DNA of 64,000 nucleotides from a virus, in the IMG/VR virus record IMGVR_UViG_3300049855_000239, positions 8,699 to 72,698 of that record, one strand, 5' to 3'. The translations under genes were made by a program, and so were the position numbers. This document shows positions 26,606-36,972 of the stretch, in pieces. Each line of letters opens with the position of its first letter. Position 1 is the stretch's first letter. The notes beneath the pieces are model-generated. The model did no database searches and had not been told where the DNA came from. It saw only the letters and a program-made list of their open reading frames with translations.

Positions 26606-26877
26606 ATGGTAAGGGTTTTTGGGAATTATTGGATTGGTACGCATGATGATTGTGCTGGGAGTGGGATAGCTATTGTTCATGCTTGGTTCACTGTAACAAG
26701 GGAGAAAGTAGGAGTCCATCGGTGCTGATGTGTTGGCTGGCTATTGAGGGGGTTATATCGAGTGGTTCATTTGAGGAAGCGTATGATTCGTTCGTGGATA
26801 TGTATGAGGAGTATAGTCCGAACTTGGGGATTAGGTTATTTTTACATGCTAAGTGGGGAGAATTAATGTTGTTGTAA
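26606..26877 (+). pseudogene. dual-specificity phosphatase with apparent internal deletion/frameshift
   Basis: Frame A MVRVFGNYWIGTHDDCAGSGIAIVHA; frame B LVHCNKGESRS (HCxxGxSR) ...YSPNLGI; TACCTTTG box at 26586. Confidence 0.6.
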
Positions 26878-27030
26878 CCTGTTATAAAGAGTGAAAAGAA
26901 TATAAGAAGAGAGAATAGTCTTTTGCCTGATAATCAGATAGATAGCTTCCCTCTTTAGGGAAGAAAAGTGGCATATTTTGTCCTCTTTAGGGAAAAATTG
27001 GGTACATTTGTTGTAAATGTTGAGTTATTT

Positions 27031-27549
27031 ATGGCGAAGAGAGGGTATAGTGTGACTGTGGGGTTGAATCATGACGAGGTCGCTGCGAGGGTTAATTCTG
27101 ACAGTGGTGAGGTTATTATTATTGGGAAAGGTAGAGTTCCAGAGGGGAAGGAAATGGTTTCTATTGGTAAGTTTTCTAGGTGTCATACTGAGGCGTGGAT
27201 TTATTTAGAGAGACACCTTAGTACGTTGGAGTTTGCCGTTGCAAATAGGATGGCGTTGATGGCTGGGGCTTATACGAATAGTTTAAGGCCGTTGAATGAC
27301 GAGAGTACGATATTCGAGTTGATGAATAAGTTAGGGATAGGGAAGAATAAGGTAATATCTGTTACTAAAAAGTTGTTTGACTTGGGGGTATTTGCCAAGT
27401 TTGACGTAAAGGAGGTTGATGTTGAATATAAGAAGTATTGGATATTTAACCCATACTTGTCGTTTAATGGGAGGTTTATTGATATGTCAATGAAGAATTT
27501 GTTTAAGAATACATTGCCAGCAAAAGTAATGAGGGGTGAGATTAGTTAG
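27031..27549 (+). CDS. RepL-like HTH DNA-binding protein
   Basis: VNSDSGEV; HTH region; KLFDLGV...YWIFNPYLSFNG. Confidence 0.55.
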   Translation: MAKRGYSVTVGLNHDEVAARVNSDSGEVIIIGKGRVPEGKEMVSIGKFSRCHTEAWIYLERHLSTLEFAVANRMALMAGAYTNSLRPLNDESTIFELMNKLGIGKNKVISVTKKLFDLGVFAKFDVKEVDVEYKKYWIFNPYLSFNGRFIDMSMKNLFKNTLPAKVMRGEIS

Positions 27550-27853
27550 TCACCCCTTTAAATCTTCTTGTGAATGATTTTTCTCTGATATACCATAGGG
27601 TGGGTTTCTGTGTTGATTTTATATGTGCTATAACCCCGTCCCACCATTTTTGATGAAAGGCATATATTGTTTGATAATCGTAGTCGGAACATAATACGTG
27701 AATGTAGAATGAATTTTCCACAGCCCATAGGTTTGGGAATATGCGATCATACTCCGCTATCATTAGCCTTTTTTGTTCTCTATTTATTGGCCTGACTAGA
27801 GGCTGGAATATATCCAGTAGAATAGGGTAATTAGGGCTTGTTAGGTCTTTCAT
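27542..27853 (-). CDS. hypothetical protein
   Basis: 103-aa ORF. Confidence 0.5.
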   Translation of the reverse strand: MKDLTSPNYPILLDIFQPLVRPINREQKRLMIAEYDRIFPNLWAVENSFYIHVLCSDYDYQTIYAFHQKWWDGVIAHIKSTQKPTLWYIREKSFTRRFKGVTN

Positions 27854-27951
27854 TATTACATTTGGTACAAGTGAGTATATTGTTTTTCCATTTAAAGTAT
27901 GTAAGCTTTTTTACACATTTACAATACTGTACAATGGTTATGTGTGACTTG

Positions 27952-28242
27952 TCATTCATTGAATGGCGGTGGTGTTTGTTTGCATTTTACACATCTTGCT
28001 TCGTATGGAGCATCTGCATTACCGTGACTTCCGTTAACGCATACAGCTTCATAAATACAATTCCCTTCTTTTGTGCATTTAGTTACAAATGGATAGCATA
28101 AACGTAAGGAGAAATTATTCGTTAGGCTATCTGTTTTGTCCAAAAGTTCTTTGATCCTTTTTGCGATGTTCAATTGGGTGTCATATGGGCTATCGGCCAC
28201 ATAAACCTCGTTCAGTACTTCTAGTTCTTGTTCTGGAGTCAT
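27952..28242 (-). CDS. small Cys-containing hypothetical protein
   Basis: CTKEGNC...CVKC. Confidence 0.45.
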   Translation of the reverse strand: MTPEQELEVLNEVYVADSPYDTQLNIAKRIKELLDKTDSLTNNFSLRLCYPFVTKCTKEGNCIYEAVCVNGSHGNADAPYEARCVKCKQTPPPFNE

Positions 28243-28258
28243 TTGATTTTCTTTTTTG

Positions 28259-28471
28259 TTAACGGAAAATTTCTTCCATTGAAATATCGTTTGTCTTCCC
28301 AGTATTCATTCCCTCTTTTACTATTGTGTCAACAATATAACTAGCATAAAGATGTTCAGCGAATAATACTGTTATGTCATATGGATTTCTAGTTGTCATT
28401 TGCGCATATTCTTTATGCGCGTATTCAGAAGCTTCTATTAATCTTTTTTCTAAAAAAACTACAACTCTCAT
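28259..28471 (-). CDS. hypothetical protein
   Basis: 70-aa ORF in leftward operon. Confidence 0.45.
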   Translation of the reverse strand: MRVVVFLEKRLIEASEYAHKEYAQMTTRNPYDITVLFAEHLYASYIVDTIVKEGMNTGKTNDISMEEIFR

Positions 28472-28503
28472 GGTTTTATGCTTTACTGTAAATTATTTGA
28501 TCG

Positions 28504-28944
28504 TTACTTTCCAATATCCTTAACAGTTAAATTATACAAATGTATAGCATCGGCCTCATTGTCGTCTTTTGGCGTAAAACCTAATTCAATAGCCTTGGCA
28601 ATCATTAGTTCTTTGTTTGCATTTCCCTTGTCGGTGGCGAACTTCTTTATTTCTGTTGCCGAATAACAAGCGAGGTCGATAGACTTTTCAATACATAGGT
28701 CTTTTAGAACGCCAACCATTTCAGAAGCTACCATTATACTAGACTTGTGCATACCTGCTGGTCTTTCGTATGATATAAGTGTTATTCCCTCTAATTGTAT
28801 CAGTTCCTTAACCTTACTTTTAAACCTGACTAGCCTCATGCCATCGGACTCGCCTCTGTTTGGCTTTAAATCCCAAACACCGCTTGATGTTTCTGTTCTC
28901 CAACCTGTCTTTGTTGCGATGTCGAGTGCTAGTATCTTTTTCAT
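28504..28944 (-). CDS. RuvC-like Holliday junction resolvase
   Basis: ILALDIATKTGW, ISYERP, IKKFATDKGNANKE, DDNEADA. Confidence 0.85.
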   Translation of the reverse strand: MKKILALDIATKTGWRTETSSGVWDLKPNRGESDGMRLVRFKSKVKELIQLEGITLISYERPAGMHKSSIMVASEMVGVLKDLCIEKSIDLACYSATEIKKFATDKGNANKELMIAKAIELGFTPKDDNEADAIHLYNLTVKDIGK

Positions 28945-29145
28945 ATTGTGGTTAAAGTGGCACTTTATCGTTAGTGCCATACGGTCTTCTAATTCTTTCC
29001 TTGAATAACTTTAATACCACTCGGTTTGTGCATATGATAGCTAAATTTCACCGAAAAGAAGAAACGGCTGGTTGGCGGACATATCAGTAGCAAGAATTAG
29101 CCTAACAATGCAGACGGGCATTAGCTTTATGCGTGGGCGCCTCAC

Positions 29146-29334
29146 TTACTTTACAGACTCTCTTTCTTCCTTAATCAAAGCCCTTGTTTCAGTACAAAGC
29201 TTTTTGATTTCGGAAAGGTTGTTTCTTAAACGGATGGATGCCTGAAAGTTTCCTTTTTCTTCAAACTTTTCGCAATCATTAACGCAAGCATGAAATAAAT
29301 CTTGCATTTTGGATAGATTTTCAGATGGTTTCAT
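29146..29334 (-). CDS. histone H1-like (Hc1-family) nucleoid protein
   Basis: DCEKFEEKGNFQASIRLRNNLSEIKKLCTETR. Confidence 0.7.
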   Translation of the reverse strand: MKPSENLSKMQDLFHACVNDCEKFEEKGNFQASIRLRNNLSEIKKLCTETRALIKEERESVK

Positions 29335-29388
29335 TTATGACTAACTTTAAATACGCACAAATATTGCTATAATACTTCTGAATCGCAA

Positions 29389-30003
29389 TTATTTTTTCTT
29401 CAAAGAAGCGTAATATTCAGGCGTTCGTGATATTTTCTTGTCAGAAATGGATGCAGCACGTTTATTGTCGCCAAAAATCTCTTTTCGCAGTTTGTCGATA
29501 ATCACAATCAGGTCGCTGGCAGGTTGGGTTATCTTTACTTTGGTTTCCATTGCCTTCAAAGCCTTATCGTCACCTATTACAAAATTTACCTTGCTTCTAA
29601 GTTTTTGTGTGTACTCTGAAAATAGCGTTTGGTAGGTTATGTAAAGCTCAAATTTGTAATTGTGCTGTATTCTGGAAAGGTAGCACGAAATCATGTCCTC
29701 TATCTGTAATTGTAAAGGGTTTGGTATGTCTTGCGCCTCGCCAATATTCTCCAAAGTGCCTTGCAAAACCAATACCTCGCATATTTCTTTGTCTTCTATT
29801 GGGTGGTTCTTGAAAATAATGGATAGCCTGTCGTTAAAAAACTCGTATTGGCGCACGTAAGGCGATTCGGTACTATAAGCATACTGGATAAAGTCAGTTA
29901 TTTGCTTCTTTTCCTTGTGCTGGAAAGAGGAAAATTCCTCGTAGGCATTAAGTAAATCGTCATTTACGAGCCAAGAATCTGTAATAGCTATTTCTGTTGA
30001 CAT
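29389..30003 (-). CDS. hypothetical protein divergent from TerL (possible small terminase)
   Basis: ~204-aa helical ORF adjacent to terL; function inferred from position only. Confidence 0.45.
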   Translation of the reverse strand: MSTEIAITDSWLVNDDLLNAYEEFSSFQHKEKKQITDFIQYAYSTESPYVRQYEFFNDRLSIIFKNHPIEDKEICEVLVLQGTLENIGEAQDIPNPLQLQIEDMISCYLSRIQHNYKFELYITYQTLFSEYTQKLRSKVNFVIGDDKALKAMETKVKITQPASDLIVIIDKLRKEIFGDNKRAASISDKKISRTPEYYASLKKK

Positions 30004-30058
30004 AATTATATTTGGTATATGACGTAAAATTCGCAATTTTGTATCGAAATGCAACATT

Positions 30059-32179
30059 TTGTACGAACATACTAGCAACCCATATACGTTCAAGTACCTT
30101 CAAACTTCCATCAAAGGAGATGGGATAGAATGCGTTTACCTGCCAAAAGTCCCAGATTCTTCTTTAATACTCGATTTCGGTGGTAAATGGGTAAAGCAAG
30201 ACCTTCCTGAACAATGGGATGATTGGAACGACATTGAGGTATATGAGAACGCTAAGATTCGTAAATTCAATGAAGCCCAGAAAAAAAGACTGGAAGAAGG
30301 GTTGGAGTATCAACCACAGAAACCTCCTTATGTACATCCAAAGAAAGAGGAATATATTGAGCAGGAGTGGGATAGGCGACTAAATGGATGTTGGCTGTAT
30401 ATCATGCAGGGTGGGCAGAAGTTACCAGTCTACATTACGGGACTTCATTATTTTGTGCTTCAATGGTGGGATGTTTCATTTGAAGTACATTACCGTGATA
30501 CAGACAGGGAGATTTACTACTGGATTGACTATTGGATGAACGACCCACGTTCACTAGGTGGTATTCTGGGAACAATGCGCCAGTACGGCAAATCCGTGAT
30601 ACTTGGAGGCTGGGGAATAGAATCAGCCACAAGGACAATAGGCGGCCACTTGGGGATGCAGGGAGAAACCGAAAGGTCTATTTCGGAGTTCTATCAAAAG
30701 CATATTCTTTATGGTTTCGATAGGTTGGTGGAATTCTTTACGCCACAGTACGACAAAGATGGCAAGCAAAAGGGAGGGATTGAATTTGTTGCCACCAAAA
30801 AGAAGAATAAGCGTTTAAGTAAGGATGAATTACAAGCATCGCTGAATGGTAAGGTTGACTTTGGTGGTTCTAATATCAACTTTTACAATGGCCGAACTCT
30901 TACCCAGTATATTGGAGAGGAATCAGGAAAGGTAACGGAAGTAGACATTTATGAAAGGCACGAGAAAGTAAAGCCAGCATTACGTAGAAGAAACGGAAAG
31001 GCGTTCCACGCAAGTACATCAGATGAGATAAGCGAGAAGGCCAAGTCGTTCAAAGAGTTGGTGATTGATTCTGATTGTGGACAACGCAAGGCAAATGGAG
31101 AAACTAAGTCTGGTCTTTATTTTGCGTTTCTTCCTTCGCATCATGCTTATAGCTACGACCAATATGGGATGCCTCGCAGCGATGAAAACCTCAAAGCATT
31201 ACAAGTGGATAGGGAGTCGTATGCCGACAATCCTTCTAAATACACAATGGTATGTAGGCAGTACCCATTGACGGTAAATGAGTATTTTTATCTACCTGCC
31301 GATAAGTGCTGTTTCAATGTTAGGATATTGCAAGAGAACCTTCAAAGGGTTTATGAAAATCCACAATTGACCACTACCGTAGATTTCATTTGGGAAGGTG
31401 GCGTGGAAGATAGCAAAGTGATGTTTGTCCACGACAAGATGGGGAAGTTCGAGGTATCTACACTTCCTAAAGACCTAGATAAAGAAGCAAATTTGGTGTT
31501 TGATAATGGGGTTGATGCAGGAGATTTCCGATTTGAGCCATTGAATGATGTAAACTACTGCATTGGAGTTGACCCTATTGATTATGGGGTGGGGTCGGGT
31601 GGTAGGATGTCACGACCAGTCGCCTATGTAAAACGGAAGTATAGCGTTGCTTTGGAAGGCGAGTTGACTCCGCAAGAAAAGCATCAGCGCATGTTGGATA
31701 AGTATGAATACAAGACAGGACTACCAGAGTGTCAATACGATTACAGACCGCACGACCCAATCTTATTTTACGAGCATGTAATTAGATTATGTAGGTTCTA
31801 TGGATGTAAAGTACATATTGAGTCAACTAGAGGTCAAGCAATGATTCAGCACTTCCAAAAAAGAGGGTATGCAGCTTTTGTGATGAAACGTCCAGCAATT
31901 ACCCGAACAAGCTCTCGCTGGAATCAAGACACTGACGGAACACCAGCATCGCAGGGGCTTACTCAGGCATATACGGCCATGATTGCACACGATGTTCAGT
32001 ATTATGGACACAGGCATCCATTTAAAGATTTGGTGGAAGACCTTTTAAAGTTCGACCCTAAAAATACCTTAGAGAGTGACTATGCGGTCGCTTGGGGATA
32101 TACATTAATGGCTGAACAAGACGACAAGATAGAGGAAAAACAGCCAGAGATTGATTTGTCCATCTTCAAAAGACACTAA
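30059..32179 (+). CDS. terL: terminase large subunit
   Basis: YITGLHYF..QW, Walker A-like RQYGKS, Walker B-like GEESGK, TKSGLY, RQYP, nuclease IGVDP, HIES; upstream of portal. Confidence 0.88.
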   Translation: MYEHTSNPYTFKYLQTSIKGDGIECVYLPKVPDSSLILDFGGKWVKQDLPEQWDDWNDIEVYENAKIRKFNEAQKKRLEEGLEYQPQKPPYVHPKKEEYIEQEWDRRLNGCWLYIMQGGQKLPVYITGLHYFVLQWWDVSFEVHYRDTDREIYYWIDYWMNDPRSLGGILGTMRQYGKSVILGGWGIESATRTIGGHLGMQGETERSISEFYQKHILYGFDRLVEFFTPQYDKDGKQKGGIEFVATKKKNKRLSKDELQASLNGKVDFGGSNINFYNGRTLTQYIGEESGKVTEVDIYERHEKVKPALRRRNGKAFHASTSDEISEKAKSFKELVIDSDCGQRKANGETKSGLYFAFLPSHHAYSYDQYGMPRSDENLKALQVDRESYADNPSKYTMVCRQYPLTVNEYFYLPADKCCFNVRILQENLQRVYENPQLTTTVDFIWEGGVEDSKVMFVHDKMGKFEVSTLPKDLDKEANLVFDNGVDAGDFRFEPLNDVNYCIGVDPIDYGVGSGGRMSRPVAYVKRKYSVALEGELTPQEKHQRMLDKYEYKTGLPECQYDYRPHDPILFYEHVIRLCRFYGCKVHIESTRGQAMIQHFQKRGYAAFVMKRPAITRTSSRWNQDTDGTPASQGLTQAYTAMIAHDVQYYGHRHPFKDLVEDLLKFDPKNTLESDYAVAWGYTLMAEQDDKIEEKQPEIDLSIFKRH

Positions 32180-32223
32180 AAAGTATATAGGTATTATTGT
32201 TTAATTTTGCAAAAAGCGAGTAC

Positions 32224-34590
32224 ATGTTAGGATTACAGGAAGGTCGTATAGTTCCAATAGAGGAAAAGGTAAAGCCTGAATATGGGTATAAGGCTGTTAG
32301 TAATATGTGGTCTACCTACTCGAACTCCCCAATAGGGGTAGGGTACAACTCGATAGACTATATCAAAAACATGGACTTGGCTCTTGGTAGGCCATCTCAA
32401 TTCAGGGAAAATATCTCCAGATTTTTAGGAGCTAGAAATAACGACCTGCTTTCTTCATACGGCATAAATAGCATTGATCCACAGTTAGTAAACCTTTGTC
32501 CAAAGTTCGTCAACCATGTTCATGGGAAATTGATGAATTTCGAATATGAGATTGGGGTGGATGTAATAGATGCTACTTCTGTTAATGAAAAGAAACAGAT
32601 AAGAGCTGAATTAGAAGCATACGTCAAATTAAAAGACTTCTATGCAGGTCTTGGTGTTCAGGTGGAGCAAGTACGTAAAGAGTCAGGTATTGAAGAGCTT
32701 CCTGAAACGCAAGAAGACATTGAATTGATAATGACTACTACCTACAAACACCATGAGGCAATGAAAGCCGAATTGGAGTTGAAGGCTATCCATAATCTCA
32801 ACGATTGGAATGCGATAAAAAGTAAGTTTGTTTGGGAATTGATTGTTCAGGGGCAATCTGGAGTCAGGACATTTGTAGACGAATACGGCACTATTAGGGA
32901 AGAATGGTTTCCTATGAACCGTTTTGTTTCTTCTTATTCCGAATCAGAAGACTTTAATAAACTGACACATGCAGGTATTATTGATTACATTACAGTAGAT
33001 CAATTCTATGCAGAAGCAAAAGATTCATTAACAGAGGCGCAAATATTTGATGTCATTAAAAACCATACAACCACAAGTATGGGTATGGCATCGGAAAACC
33101 CTACTTTCATTACTCCGCAAGCAACAGGAAATGTCAAGTATGTAAAAATCATGCGTTTCCAGTTCTTAGAGGAAGATGTTGAGAACTACGTAAAAAAGAA
33201 AGATAAGAATGGCAATTGGGGGCATGAGAAAAAGAAAGCAAATTTCTCTATTGCGCCAGAAGAAAAACCTTTTTACGATGCTGGGGAAAAAATACACATT
33301 CAAACATGTATAAAAACTAAGTACGGAGGAACTTGGGTAGTTGGTACTCAGAATGTTTATGATTACGGAATTATCCAACAAGGCAATGACGTAAGACTTG
33401 ACTACCATGTTTATGCGCCAAACATGCGCAATGGCAGGGTTGTTTCTATGGTAGCCCAAATAAGAGAGCCATTGGAAATGATTTCGGTTGCTTGGACAAG
33501 ATATAAAGACGTTATCGGAAAAGGGTACAATGGGTTACTTGAAATTAATATTGACCTATTAGCAGACCTTACGCTTGGGAAAGGCGGAACGAACCCCAAC
33601 TGGAAACACGCACTTGATTTGTTTACTGTGAATGGTATTGTGCTTTCTAAATCAAAAAGAAACGTGCACGACCAAAATATAGGCAAAGCTATTGATATAT
33701 TAAACCAAGGGTTGACATCTACCGACTTTGAGAATGTTATCAATCTTAGTATTAGTATGATACGCAGCATTTGCGGCATCAATGAATTGTCGGACGGCTC
33801 TACACCAAAAGCAGGAACACTGAATGGGGTAATGCAAATGAGTAATCAAGCAACTGATAACAACTTGCAGTATTTCTATCGTGCCTACAATTCTGTTTAT
33901 CGCAGAACATCATTAGCGATACTTGGCTACTGGAAGTCAATACCAAGTAACGAAGCATGGAATAGAGAGTATATTATTGGTGTTGAAGCAGCTACCACAC
34001 AGGAAGAATGGGCTGCATTCTATGCCAGCCTTGATAGGCAAACGCAAATACCATTGGGAGATGGTGGTCTTAAATATTCCGACTTCATAGAACTTCATAA
34101 TGTAAAGAACTTGAAGCAAGCGGAGTTGATGGCTAAGAATCGTTGCCGTAAAAACATGGCAGAAGCTAGGGCAATGCAAGCTGAGCAAATGAAACAGCAG
34201 CAAGATCAATCGGCACAGGCAGCACAAATGGCGAATGATGCCAAGATGCAACAAATGCAGTTGGATTTAGAGATATTCAAGCAAAAAGAGTCATTCTTGA
34301 CATCGCAGATTCTTGTAAGACAAGAGAAGATAAATGAAGGCTTAATATTAAGCAAAGAAGTATCTAACGAAGGTGCATTGGCTGTTGCCAATACCAACAT
34401 GAAAGCAATGGTAGTGAAGGAGGCGCAACGCTCAAATTCAGACCAAAAAATCCAAGAGATGAAGAATCAAATGGAACAAATGCGAACTATATTGGAACAA
34501 GAAATGCACGACCTCGAAATGCAGATAAAAGCATCAGAGGTCGCACAAAAGAAAGAGGAGGCTAGCGAGAGTAAGACCACCAAAAGTTAG
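32224..34590 (+). CDS. portal protein
   Basis: ~790 aa after TerL; PKFVN, IRSICGINELSDGSTPK motif, Q-rich coiled-coil C-terminus. Confidence 0.85.
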   Translation: MLGLQEGRIVPIEEKVKPEYGYKAVSNMWSTYSNSPIGVGYNSIDYIKNMDLALGRPSQFRENISRFLGARNNDLLSSYGINSIDPQLVNLCPKFVNHVHGKLMNFEYEIGVDVIDATSVNEKKQIRAELEAYVKLKDFYAGLGVQVEQVRKESGIEELPETQEDIELIMTTTYKHHEAMKAELELKAIHNLNDWNAIKSKFVWELIVQGQSGVRTFVDEYGTIREEWFPMNRFVSSYSESEDFNKLTHAGIIDYITVDQFYAEAKDSLTEAQIFDVIKNHTTTSMGMASENPTFITPQATGNVKYVKIMRFQFLEEDVENYVKKKDKNGNWGHEKKKANFSIAPEEKPFYDAGEKIHIQTCIKTKYGGTWVVGTQNVYDYGIIQQGNDVRLDYHVYAPNMRNGRVVSMVAQIREPLEMISVAWTRYKDVIGKGYNGLLEINIDLLADLTLGKGGTNPNWKHALDLFTVNGIVLSKSKRNVHDQNIGKAIDILNQGLTSTDFENVINLSISMIRSICGINELSDGSTPKAGTLNGVMQMSNQATDNNLQYFYRAYNSVYRRTSLAILGYWKSIPSNEAWNREYIIGVEAATTQEEWAAFYASLDRQTQIPLGDGGLKYSDFIELHNVKNLKQAELMAKNRCRKNMAEARAMQAEQMKQQQDQSAQAAQMANDAKMQQMQLDLEIFKQKESFLTSQILVRQEKINEGLILSKEVSNEGALAVANTNMKAMVVKEAQRSNSDQKIQEMKNQMEQMRTILEQEMHDLEMQIKASEVAQKKEEASESKTTKS

Positions 34591-35002
34591 ACTTAGCATT
34601 AGGCGCAAACCAGTAATAAGAGCATGGATCGTTAGGATGCGCAGTTTGAACGTCCTCTTTGAAATATAAAGATGAATAGTCAGAATATGGTACACAATTA
34701 ACCCACCATATTCTGATTTCAAATACAGAGTCGGGCTTATTACCATTACAATGACAATTCCATTTATACACGTCAGCTTTCGGTATATGAACATCGTCAT
34801 GCCTGATAAACGTAACGTTCAATGAACCACTGTTTTTGAATGGTAGCCCAATTTGGGTAAAGTCCTTATAATATGGAGTTTGTTTAGTCTCTTGCACTAC
34901 AACTGGCGTAGCGGTATTAACTTGTGGTTGTGGGTCTTCTGTTTTCTTTTTTGAACAAGAAAATACAGAAGCGATTGCGAGTAATAAGATTAGCTTTTTC
35001 AT
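34562..35002 (-). CDS. lipoprotein
   Basis: Lipobox MKKLILLLAIASVFS-C-SKKK. Confidence 0.75.
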   Translation of the reverse strand: MKKLILLLAIASVFSCSKKKTEDPQPQVNTATPVVVQETKQTPYYKDFTQIGLPFKNSGSLNVTFIRHDDVHIPKADVYKWNCHCNGNKPDSVFEIRIWWVNCVPYSDYSSLYFKEDVQTAHPNDPCSYYWFAPNAKSNFWWSYSR

Positions 35003-35008
35003 TTTACT

Positions 35009-35908
35009 TTATTTAGAATGTTTATAAACAATACCGCTTTCTTTTACAATAATAAAATCCCCAATAGGCGATTCAAATATTCCCAAGAAATCCTCAAAGC
35101 TGACATAATCGCCTACGTTTACATTCAATACTTCATCCCCAATAAAAGCCACTTCTCCTTTAGGAAGAAACTTCCTATGTGATTCAGGAATAAACACACC
35201 ACCTTCTGTTTTGTCTTTTTCGGGTTCAGGAGAAATAAGAATATAATCTTCTACTACCACAAATTCATCAGTATGCTTAATAGCAAACACATCCGATTCT
35301 TTCATGGCATAATAGACTTTGCCATTTATCGTCACCTCGGAATTTGAGTTAGGAAGAAAGTAAACATCACATCCACGATAGTTATTTGAATAAACAATCG
35401 TACCACAATTCAAATGCTTTTTGACTTCCGACTGTATAAACAGCCCACTACTTGTCTTAATTTCGTCCTCGCTTTGAAAAATAGGCTCTAGTAAGATAAA
35501 ATTCTTGTTCATCAGAATATCTTCGCCACGAGTAACGCATATTGCCCTCCAAGCAGGTAGCAGATAAGTGAACGACATTTTAATGTTTCCGTTCTTGTCT
35601 ACTTCACCCCAAAGCTTTTTCTTTTCAATCTCACGATCTTTGTTTAGTGCCGACCAGTAAAAGTGAACCGTATCGCCTACTTCAAATACAGTAGCACCAC
35701 CTTCTTTTTCGCACCTTTCAGTTAATCGTTGTGGCGTGGCAATAATTGTGGCATACGTTTTCTTGTACTTATTCGGGTTATAAAGAATATCCTTTTCATC
35801 CAATGAAATTGTCTTCTCAAAGAACTGCGAAGAACTATTTCCTACGATTAAACCTGTTTCATACAGGCAATCTAGTTCTATGATGTAATTATCTAATACT
35901 CCTTTCAT
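35009..35908 (-). CDS. multi-domain GroES/Cpn10-like co-chaperonin
   Basis: Repeated Cpn10-like units: FILLEP...KTSSGLFI and YILISPEPEKDKTEGGVFIP...GEVAFIG...VNVGDYV. Confidence 0.75.
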   Translation of the reverse strand: MKGVLDNYIIELDCLYETGLIVGNSSSQFFEKTISLDEKDILYNPNKYKKTYATIIATPQRLTERCEKEGGATVFEVGDTVHFYWSALNKDREIEKKKLWGEVDKNGNIKMSFTYLLPAWRAICVTRGEDILMNKNFILLEPIFQSEDEIKTSSGLFIQSEVKKHLNCGTIVYSNNYRGCDVYFLPNSNSEVTINGKVYYAMKESDVFAIKHTDEFVVVEDYILISPEPEKDKTEGGVFIPESHRKFLPKGEVAFIGDEVLNVNVGDYVSFEDFLGIFESPIGDFIIVKESGIVYKHSK

Positions 35909-36238
35909 ATTTATGAATTAATCCACTGTTTTAACTCGTCAATCATTTTGTTCGCATCTTCTTTGGAATATAATTGCGAAAAGGCCATCACACTCTTCTG
36001 TAAACAGAATGCCATCTTTTTCTTTTACAACAGACAATATTCTTGCATCGCCCCCAATTAGTACAATTCCCAAAGCCCCATATCCATTACAGGACTTTTC
36101 TTCTTTCCATTGAGTCAGTACCATTTAGTTGATGTTATGCCCAAAAGTAGATAAACATTTCGATTCCGCAATGAAATCGCAATAAAAAAGCAAATAAATT
36201 TTCTTATTTACCTTTGCATAAATCAAAATGATAAAGAC

Positions 36239-36793
36239 ATGACAAGTAATACTCCAGTTATCCCAATCACATCTTACGATGCAGTAAAAGACGAAGCTAA
36301 AATTGTTTACGAATCAATAGTGGCTTTAAGAAGTGTATCATACCTTGGAACGGCAGCAAATGCAGAAGTTAAGTATATGAAAAGTGGTATTACAGATACC
36401 ATCGCTGCTCTTGAATCTCCTGCTACACTAAAATATTTAGCAGGCGTAAATACCGCTACTTCAACTGGGCTTACCGTTCTAGGCGCAAACGTAGCAGGAA
36501 CAAACGTAGGTTCGGCATCGTCAGGAACAACTAACATTATCAATTATATCACTTACGGTTCGGCTGCTACTGGCGTAAAATATACGCTTCCTGCAATCGC
36601 AAAAGGGTTGTGTTATACAATATTTAACACACATGCTTCAAGTGCTTTGAGTATCTATCCTGTTACTGGTGATTATATTGATGCTTTGGCAGTTGACACA
36701 GCTGTATCAATCCCTGTAGGTGGAAGCAAGACTTTCTATACAAAATCAATATCTGCAACTGCAACAGCAAAAAAAGGTTGGTTCTCGTTGTAG
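36239..36793 (+). CDS. virion structural/decoration protein
   Basis: T/A/S-rich beta protein with YTLPAIAKG motif; own promoter (TACCTTTG 36209) and terminator. Confidence 0.55.
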   Translation: MTSNTPVIPITSYDAVKDEAKIVYESIVALRSVSYLGTAANAEVKYMKSGITDTIAALESPATLKYLAGVNTATSTGLTVLGANVAGTNVGSASSGTTNIINYITYGSAATGVKYTLPAIAKGLCYTIFNTHASSALSIYPVTGDYIDALAVDTAVSIPVGGSKTFYTKSISATATAKKGWFSL

Positions 36794-36820
36794 TACGGAA
36801 AATATTATGTTTGGTATTAT

Positions 36821-36862
36821 AACAGAAATCCTCTTGCGGTGTCGTAAGGGGATTTTTCTGTT
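36821..36862 (+). terminator. intrinsic terminator
   Basis: AACAGAAATCCTCTTGCG-gtgt-CGTAAGGGGATTTTTCTGTT. Confidence 0.7.
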
Positions 36863-36972
36863 ATACAGAATATTATTTGGTAGTTATGGTATTTGATATA
36901 TCAATTATTTTGCTATAAATTTGCTTGTAAACGGAATAATATTTCGCAAAAACATAATAAATCGAAACAAAA

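Noticed and set aside
28960-29145. GTTAG/CCTAAC pair and GC-richer intergenic stretch as cassette site or ncRNA
   Set aside because: No convincing stem or recognisable RNA family by eye.
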